From contig NZ_DATHMR010000010.1 in NCBI RefSeq assembly GCF_035486915.1, positions 1 through 24,000 on the forward strand: DNA of 24,000 nt, in the 5' to 3' direction. The number at the start of each line of letters is the position of its first letter. Position 1 is the first letter of the stretch. Of the stretch, positions 7,586-14,225 are shown piece after piece. Origin of the DNA: Dyella sp. (GTDB lineage: Bacteria > Pseudomonadota > Gammaproteobacteria > Xanthomonadales > Rhodanobacteraceae). Below the pieces are notes generated by a model, which saw only the letters and a list, made by a program, of their open reading frames with translations, did not search any database and was not told the origin of the DNA. A program made the position numbers and the translations under genes.

Positions 7586-8338
7586 TCAACGCGCCTGCAG
7601 TGCGTCGATCGTTGCCGCATCAAGCTGGCCGGTGACCGACAAGCCATTTGCTTTCTGGAAGGTGCTGATGGCGCGGTTCGTCCCCGGACCGGGAACGCCA
7701 TCGACCTTGCTGCTGTATAGGCCCAATTGAGCCAGCTTGCGCTGTGCGTCAGCCAGCGAATAGTCACCCGCTCCGGAAGCAGCACGACCCATTATCGCAG
7801 CGCTGGAATTCCCGGCCCCGTCCACACTCAAGTTGCCACCCGTACCCAATCCACCCGCAACACGTTGGGGAGCGTATTCGCGCACAGCCTTGACCATCTG
7901 GTTGTAGGCATCGAGGAAGGCCGCCGCAATTACTTTGCCCTCTGGTGTCTCACTGTAAGCACCGAGACTCGCACCGCCCGATCCAAAATGATCAAACAAG
8001 CCGGCTACGCCGAAGTCAATGTTCTTGGCACTCCCTTGCGCGGCAGCCACTTGCACGCTTGAACGCGAATCAGTAAGCATCATGGTCGTGGAGGCTTCGT
8101 TGCTTTTCATCGAACCCGCGATGGCACCAAGGATTGCGCCGTAGGAACCACTTACTGCAGCAAGCGCACCGCCAGCACGACCGGTACCCTGCGAGAATTG
8201 GATGGAAGGCGTGACGATGTAGTCCGCCGCCACCATCTGCCTTTTGTCCATATGGCTGCTCTGGCGCAGTTCGCCTGAAGCATTGAGATCACGCTCGCCC
8301 ATCATCGAATTCATAGCCTCCGCGATCGACCACCACAA
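7586..8338 (-). CDS. CsgG/HfaB-like domain fused to a C-terminal peptidoglycan-binding (PG_binding_1-like) domain; apparently 5'-truncated (possible pseudogene)
   Basis: AADYIVTPSIQFSQGTGRAGG...ASTTMMLTDSRSSVQVAAAQGSAKNIDFGVAG...GAYSETPEGKVIAAAFLDAYNQMVKAV aligns by eye to the C-terminal two thirds of E. coli CsgG (ANIMVEGSIIGYESNVKSGGVG...VNLRVVNVSTGEIL...GYTSNEPVMLCLMSAIETGV). The C-terminus DAQRKLAQLGLYSSKVDGVPGPGTNRAISTFQKANGLSVTGQLDAATIDAL is a PG-binding repeat. The frame stays open to a stop at 8432-8434 with no ATG, GTG or TTG other than the weak TTG at 8338. There is no lipoprotein signal peptide. Confidence 0.65.
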   Translation of the reverse strand: MWWSIAEAMNSMMGERDLNASGELRQSSHMDKRQMVAADYIVTPSIQFSQGTGRAGGALAAVSGSYGAILGAIAGSMKSNEASTTMMLTDSRSSVQVAAAQGSAKNIDFGVAGLFDHFGSGGASLGAYSETPEGKVIAAAFLDAYNQMVKAVREYAPQRVAGGLGTGGNLSVDGAGNSSAAIMGRAASGAGDYSLADAQRKLAQLGLYSSKVDGVPGPGTNRAISTFQKANGLSVTGQLDAATIDALQAR

Positions 8339-9126
8339 AGCAATACCCGCGTGACCAACACGTTCCTTGTTTCGAGCGCACTTGACGATCCGACCTTCCG
8401 TAAGTCGGATGTGAGAAAACTCGCAAGTGCTTTATTCCCTTACATCCAGAAAAGAAGGCTAGCTTTCGTGCCTTTTAAATAAGCAATTAAAGGTTTAGCG
8501 CAATAAGAGAACAGCCATTGAATCGCGGTCATGTTCCCAATGGCATACGCCCGAAGCGCTTTGGGTGACTGCCTCACGTCAAGGCGCTCTACTTACGCGC
8601 CACTTAGTCGCGTAGATAAAAGGATCGAGCCTTCCGTACAAAAATCGCATCATTCAGGCGGCATTGACATCAGACCTGCCTGAAAGAGGTGTCTGAAAAC
8701 GACTAATAGAGTGCCCGCGCCCGATTCAATCGATCGGTAGATCGTCATTTCCCGGACTGACGTACCATGCCATGACCGGCAAATATTCTTGATACGTCTC
8801 ATAGCAGCGGATTCGGCAACACAGGATTGAGCCACTGCATGCAGCAATGGGTCTAGTTCAACCCCACACCAGGTCACTCGCTGATCGCAGAAAACGAGAA
8901 CGTTTTCCGCAAATCAACCTGTCCCCCTTAGTGGCGTGGCGCGCATCGATCGCCGCCGCTACAAAAATATTTCCTTATCCAAATTTTTCCTATGTCAGGC
9001 GTAGCGTTTCGGCGGAGGGCACTTTCGGGCAACGCGTTGTGACTTGACGTCTCTACATCGCGCTGAGGACTTCCTTATCACACGCAGAAAGCCGTATCGC
9101 TGGCGATGCGGTTTAGGAGCACGGAT

Positions 9127-12100
9127 ATGGCGGATATCAGAGTCCTGATGGTTACCGATGGAAGTAACTTCAACTACGGGCCACAAGTCACTTCGCACTA
9201 CGACGCGGATTGCTTTTCGTTGGTCACGCTGGTCGATGCCCTCAACAATCCGAGCAATATCCCGTCGATCCAGGTTGATACCGCGCATCGGCGCGGCGCC
9301 CAGTTTGCCGGGCAAGATCCCGACACGTCGCAGAATCTGACCTATCCGGGCGACTTCGTGTTTACACAGATCGCCGATCTGTCGATCTATGACGTCATAT
9401 GGCTGATCGGGGATGAAGGCTACAACGGGGGTGAACTGGAAAGCTTTAATTCCAATATCACACCCGATGAGCAGATCGCGTTGTCTGATTTCATGCAGAA
9501 CGGTGGCGGCATGTTCGTGGTCGGCGATCACGACGGCCTGGGCGCGTGCATGTGCGGTGGCCTACCACGCGTGCGAGTGATGCGCAGGTGGTTCGAGTGG
9601 GACCACGTTTTTACCGATCCGGCGACAGGACAGATATTCGCGCCGAATTGGTCGGTTGGTGGCGATGCCTCGTCACCCGGTTATCCCGGCGCGACAAGCC
9701 GATTCGACACCCTGCAACCGGACGCCACGTTATTTGGTGGGCAACAGGTTTACTTTTTCTGGGATCAATCGGATCTGATGCCGCAGACGTTGATGGATGC
9801 CAGCGGCAATCCGCTGACGACTTCGCCAAACCCGATCCACGCTGTACTGCGCGGTAAAGAAGGTGTGCCGATTGCCTATTTTCCGGATCATATGCACGAA
9901 GGCGAGGCCACGGATTTCACGACCATTTTAGCTGGTGGTGGCTCGTTCAATCCGAACGGCACTGGCGGCACACCGAACGCGCTGTCGTTTACCGACTCGC
10001 ACGGAAACTCGCATGCTTATCCTGAGTTTCCGATCATCGGCAATTATCAGCCGACACCGGAAGTGATCGCCTACTCGTTCGATGTCGGCCACACGACCTA
10101 TTACGGTTCGGTACCGCCTGCAACACCCGATTACCCAACGACCACAAAAAAATGGAAGGGCGCCATCGGTGTGTACGACGGCTGGGGGGCCGGGGTGGGT
10201 CGAATCATTGCCGGCTCGACCTTCCATCACTATCTCGACAAGAATTTGATTGGCGATCCGTTGTCGAATGAGCAAGCAGGGCCGCCCACTAATACGACGC
10301 TGGGATTGCCTCAGTCCATTCTGGACCCGATCCGCGATTACTACGTCAATGCCGTCACTTGGCTCGCGCGCTGTAGCTCGACCTTCCATTTTTGGACGCT
10401 CAAGAGCACGTTCGGCTCCGATGAGGTGCAGAGCGCTGCTACGAGCGGTTCGAATTTCGCCAACGCGTTTTATCTTGCACTCGAAGGATTTGCGCCCAAC
10501 GTGGTCGGCAACCCGACGATTAAATTGTCCGGAGCTTTCGCCGCGACGGGTGCCTTGTTTCAGCCAGGCTCTCCGGTTTATAGCGGTAACGCCAATGCTG
10601 CGCAGCGCATCCTGTTTCCGTTCACGGTGTTGTCGATCCCGAACATGGCGTTTCCGAATAGCACGTCGTCCGCGATTGTGTATCCACTCGAAGCGACCAT
10701 CGCCTTTGGTTCGAATGTCTTCAATGCCGAAGCGCTGTTTGAACTGACTCCTGGCGCCGATCCGTATTTCACCAATGTCGATTCGACTACCGCTCCGCCC
10801 AATGCCTTCTATTTGAGCCAGGATTTGCGGGTCTTCCAGGTTGTGCCGGATCTGAACGAGGAACCGTTCGTCACGTTTCCAACTGGAACTGACGGTCCCT
10901 TCACTTACATCCAGAATGTGCTGCTCTATCTCAACGACATATCCAACGGTTACACGGTGCAAGGCGGCAGCGATCCGTTCACAACACTGCAGGAACAGAA
11001 TGATCTGACTGAAGAATCATCGGTGTCGAATAAAGTGAAGGGCCCGGACAATAAAACGCATACCGCGTATAACTTTGCGATTGCACGTGTCAGATTGAGA
11101 GGAGCAGGATCGACGGCCACCAACGTCAAGGTATTTTTCAGGCTGTTCGCCACCCAATCCAACGACACCGATTACGATCCGCAGACGACTTACCTGTGCA
11201 CGTACGATGCGTTGAATCTGCCCGACAAGCCGTTACCGGGTATCGATTCGACGACGTCGCCACCTGACAAGCTCACCTTTCCCTTCTACGCTACCGACAA
11301 TGGCTCGGGCGATTACGATCAGGGCGGAAGTGATCCGGGGGCGAACGAGGCGACGATTACTGCGTCGAGCAATAAGGAAACCTATCATTATTTCGGTTGC
11401 TATCTAAACATCGGCGCATTGCCATCCGATGCGCTGCCGGGAACGCACCACTGTCTCGTTGCGCAGATCGCTTACGACAGCGCGCCGATTATAAATTCCA
11501 ATGGCATAACGTTGAGCCCGGAAAACACCGACAAACTTGCGCAACGCAATTGCCAGGTGACTTGGTCTGGCAATCCTGGTGGCCCTGCGACACATCGCAT
11601 TCCCCAGACATTCGACAACCGACCGAGCGTGCGTACGAGCAATGCAGTTACTACGCTGCTGGGTTATCCCGATGAGCTGATGATCGAATGGGGCAACGTA
11701 CCCAAAGGCAGCGTTGCGAGTATCTATTGGCCGCAGGTCAACGCGCTCGACGTAACGCGCCTGTCGATGCTGCTTTATGCCGACACGCCGTGGATCGCGA
11801 CCGATGACAACACCGTGCAGTGCACGGTCGATGCACCGGTAACCTATCTACCGATTCCATTCGCATCGGGTGCCGGTTTTGCCGGGCTATTTACCGTCGA
11901 TTTGCCGAACGGGATCAAAGCCGGACAGCAGTTCGAGATCGTCGTGCGCCGAATCCGTAGCCGGCAACCGCCGGACCAATCAAACAAGCCTGAGCCAGTG
12001 GCCCAATCTCGCGAGGCTGTGCGCCAGAATTTGACCACTGATTGGCGCTACGTGGTCGGCACATTTCAGGTAACGATCCCCGTGTCGACCGACGAAAAGC

Positions 12101-12555
12101 TGCTGTGGCCTGAGGAAAACACGCTCGCGATTCTGAAATGGCGGTTCCAAAATACGGCGACGACAAACCGCTGGTACCCGGTGTTGCAGCGCTATCTGTC
12201 GTATATCGTCGGGCGCGTGAACGGATTCGGCGGTAAGGCGGGTGCCATTCCAGCCTCACCCAATGGAGCTCCCGGTCCAGTCTCCGGTTCCGCACCGGGC
12301 AAGAGCGGTTGCGACGCAGGTTGTGTACCGCTCGTGCGCTACCAGGGCAAAGTCGCGGAGGTGTTGTTCGATTGCTTCGGCGATTTCGAAGGTTTCTTGC
12401 TCGAAAACTGCTCGGGTGTCCACCGCTTCACGAGCTGCGAACGAGGCATTGCCGACCTCGTGTTGCGAACCTGTCGAGAACGGTTGGTGTTGACCGTCTT
12501 CGTCGAGGACGGACATGAACAACGCATTCGACAACTGATAGTGAGTTGTTGCTGA
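9127..12555 (+). CDS. Large (1142 aa) cytoplasmic protein of unknown function; N-terminal ThuA/class-I-GATase-like signature, beta-rich middle, Pro/Gly linker and Cys-rich C-terminal module
   Basis: ATG 9127 has AGGAG (9115-9119) upstream, whereas the earlier in-frame ATG 9106 has no RBS. The ORF is uninterrupted for 3.4 kb with coding-like composition. N-terminal motifs are IRVLMVTDG, YDVIWLIGDEGY and LSDFMQNGGGMFVVGDHDGLG. I saw no signal peptide or TM segment. Confidence 0.85.
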   Translation: MADIRVLMVTDGSNFNYGPQVTSHYDADCFSLVTLVDALNNPSNIPSIQVDTAHRRGAQFAGQDPDTSQNLTYPGDFVFTQIADLSIYDVIWLIGDEGYNGGELESFNSNITPDEQIALSDFMQNGGGMFVVGDHDGLGACMCGGLPRVRVMRRWFEWDHVFTDPATGQIFAPNWSVGGDASSPGYPGATSRFDTLQPDATLFGGQQVYFFWDQSDLMPQTLMDASGNPLTTSPNPIHAVLRGKEGVPIAYFPDHMHEGEATDFTTILAGGGSFNPNGTGGTPNALSFTDSHGNSHAYPEFPIIGNYQPTPEVIAYSFDVGHTTYYGSVPPATPDYPTTTKKWKGAIGVYDGWGAGVGRIIAGSTFHHYLDKNLIGDPLSNEQAGPPTNTTLGLPQSILDPIRDYYVNAVTWLARCSSTFHFWTLKSTFGSDEVQSAATSGSNFANAFYLALEGFAPNVVGNPTIKLSGAFAATGALFQPGSPVYSGNANAAQRILFPFTVLSIPNMAFPNSTSSAIVYPLEATIAFGSNVFNAEALFELTPGADPYFTNVDSTTAPPNAFYLSQDLRVFQVVPDLNEEPFVTFPTGTDGPFTYIQNVLLYLNDISNGYTVQGGSDPFTTLQEQNDLTEESSVSNKVKGPDNKTHTAYNFAIARVRLRGAGSTATNVKVFFRLFATQSNDTDYDPQTTYLCTYDALNLPDKPLPGIDSTTSPPDKLTFPFYATDNGSGDYDQGGSDPGANEATITASSNKETYHYFGCYLNIGALPSDALPGTHHCLVAQIAYDSAPIINSNGITLSPENTDKLAQRNCQVTWSGNPGGPATHRIPQTFDNRPSVRTSNAVTTLLGYPDELMIEWGNVPKGSVASIYWPQVNALDVTRLSMLLYADTPWIATDDNTVQCTVDAPVTYLPIPFASGAGFAGLFTVDLPNGIKAGQQFEIVVRRIRSRQPPDQSNKPEPVAQSREAVRQNLTTDWRYVVGTFQVTIPVSTDEKLLWPEENTLAILKWRFQNTATTNRWYPVLQRYLSYIVGRVNGFGGKAGAIPASPNGAPGPVSGSAPGKSGCDAGCVPLVRYQGKVAEVLFDCFGDFEGFLLENCSGVHRFTSCERGIADLVLRTCRERLVLTVFVEDGHEQRIRQLIVSCC

Positions 12556-12609
12556 GCCGAGCCGCATCGCGTGCAGCAACGCGGTCCGTGCCGCCGATAG
12601 AAAAATAAA

Positions 12610-12633
12610 ACCTCCCGTGCTTGCGCACGGGAG
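12610..12633 (-). terminator. Rho-independent terminator between convergent genes
   Basis: cctcccgtgc-ttgc-gcacgggagg is a perfect 10-bp stem. On the minus strand it is followed by TTTTATTTTTC, which terminates the 12667-13020 gene. It also lies 55 nt past the stop of the 1142-aa gene and may serve both. Confidence 0.75.
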
Positions 12634-12666
12634 GCTTGAGGCTTGCATGATCAGTGCAATCGGGGC

Positions 12667-13020
12667 TTAGTGCTTCTGCTTGTAGATGCGACGGCTGTTG
12701 CCGTTTTCGGAACGGTTGAGGTTGCGCTGCTCCTGTTTGGTCAGGTGACCACCGTGACGGGCTTCATCTGCGCTCTCGCGACGTGCGATGTTCTCGTCGT
12801 GCTGGTCATCGCGCTGAGCTTGCGCCTGTGACATGGTGCCGTTCTTCAGGCCGTTGTCGACGCGGTTCTGCTGGTTTTGCAGACGGTTGTTCACTTCGTT
12901 GACGCGCGGATGACCGGGAACATCGTTGTTGGCCGGCGCTGTCTGTGCCATCACCGAGCCGGAGGCAATCGCTGCACCGATCACCAGGCCAATGACGGTA
13001 AGTTTCGATTTTGCATTCAT
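12667..13020 (-). CDS. Small secreted/periplasmic basic protein with LTXXQ-like motifs (CpxP/Spy-like?)
   Basis: ATG 13018-13020 has AAGGAA upstream, and the track's longer 165-aa form is unnecessary. The signal peptide is MNAKSKLTVIGLVIGAAIASGSVMA/QT. The mature part is Gln/Asn/Arg-rich and helical, with MSQAQAQ and LTKQEQ motifs and the tail RRIYKQKH. Confidence 0.8.
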   Translation of the reverse strand: MNAKSKLTVIGLVIGAAIASGSVMAQTAPANNDVPGHPRVNEVNNRLQNQQNRVDNGLKNGTMSQAQAQRDDQHDENIARRESADEARHGGHLTKQEQRNLNRSENGNSRRIYKQKH

Positions 13021-13525
13021 GGCAAATTCCTTGAGTCTGTTAGCGGACGTTACTTTGTGGAATCTGTCGCCTTCCCGTTGTGGGAAAGCGGCATGCATGC
13101 GTCGGGCGGGGTCATCTGTTTTTGCGCACAATCGATGGTGTCTCCTCAAGCGTCTTGCTTCCATCGCGTGCCCTCACCTCGCGCATTCGCCATGAACGGG
13201 TGTCCTTGTGGCGCGTTGACAGACGACGTTTGGGAAGACCGAAAGATTCAGCTGAGGATTAGCTTGGAACATTTTTCCCGTCGGAAGCGCACCATTCTGT
13301 CGCTGAGCTGACGGCGAGACAGGACCGTGTCCAGGTATTTGTGCAGTGCAAAGTATTTTTGGCCGCAGAGATAAGGGCTGTTCGGCTAGCACTGCATGGA
13401 AAACAAGCTCTGGCGGGCGCACTTGCGCCGCACAAGTCAATCTAACTACGTCGTGGTTGTACTCATTGGGAGATGGCACTGTATCGCCGTCGTCGCTTTT
13501 CAACGTTTGCCAACAAGCAAAAGAA

Positions 13526-13602
13526 TGGTGCCCCCGATACGATTCGAACGTACGACCTTCCCCTTAGGAGGGGGATGCTCTATCCAGCTGAGCTACGGGG
13601 GC
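13526..13602 (-). tRNA. tRNA-Arg (anticodon CCT)
   Basis: The reverse complement reads GCCCCCG-TA-GCTC-AGCTGGATA-GAGC-A-TCCCC-CTCCTAA-GGGGA-AGGTC-GTACG-TTCGAAT-CGTAT-CGGGGGC-A-CCA. This is a full cloverleaf with a 7-bp acceptor stem, T-loop TTCGAAT, encoded CCA and anticodon loop C-T-CCT-A-A. Confidence 0.93.
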
Positions 13603-13641
13603 GATGGATATCTTCCTGATGCGACGAACCACAGCAGCGCG

Positions 13642-13647
13642 ATTATA
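13642..13647 (-). promoter_or_regulatory. Candidate -10 box for the tRNA-Arg gene
   Basis: A perfect TATAAT on the minus strand (reverse complement of attata) lies about 40 nt upstream of the mature tRNA 5' end. The corresponding -35 region (CTGTCT) is poor. Confidence 0.35.
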
Positions 13648-14225
13648 CGTGGTCGAAGGATTCGAGACAGCCCCGGCTTTTTTGGCCTATTTTTAGTTGC
13701 TCGCTCAACGTCCCCGAAGGTTTCGGTGTGTCAAGCGAAAAGTGCTGAGACGAATAAACAGTGCGGTGAGTCGCACACGTTGCGATGACGTTGATGCGAT
13801 CTCCCTCCAAGACATTCGAAAAGCAATCGGATGACTTCAAATATCGATATACCGCTCAACAAACGTGGACCCGATATCGCTACACGATCAGCTTGACCAT
13901 GCAGCTTCGAGTCGCTCGGCAACCTAAGGATGCTCACCTGCGTTGTGCAAACAGTTCGGCCTTCTATACCGCTTTTATGCACTTCGCCGTGACGCAGGCA
14001 TCATGCGCGCCCCTGCATGGACGTCTTTATCTACTGTGATGCTGGTTGTGTAGACCGCCTTCACCTTTTGTGGGCGCCAGACTCGTATGATGCACCCCAA
14101 TAAAGCGGGGCGCGTCAGCCCGTAGGTGTGCCAGGTAGGTGGGCGAGCGCACCAGGTTTTGCAAGTGGCGTTTACCGAGAGTGAATTTCATCGATACCCA
14201 ATGGGCGTTCTGTGGGGGAACGAGA

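Noticed and set aside
7479-7590. 12-bp direct repeat gatgtgctcaac at 7479-7490 and 7579-7590, exactly 100 bp apart, the second overlapping the stop codon of the CsgG-like gene
   Set aside because: It is too short to distinguish from chance with confidence: several 12-mer repeats are expected by chance in 24 kb, though fewer at this spacing. No associated inverted repeats or mobile gene are present. Noted only as a possible scar.
9928-10962. 344-aa ORF antisense to the 1142-aa gene, plus the 178-aa ORF at 8995-9531
   Set aside because: Both are Arg-rich and motif-free and overlap a much longer ORF with coherent coding composition. The second would run through the promoter and RBS of the large gene. 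Both are treated as shadow ORFs.
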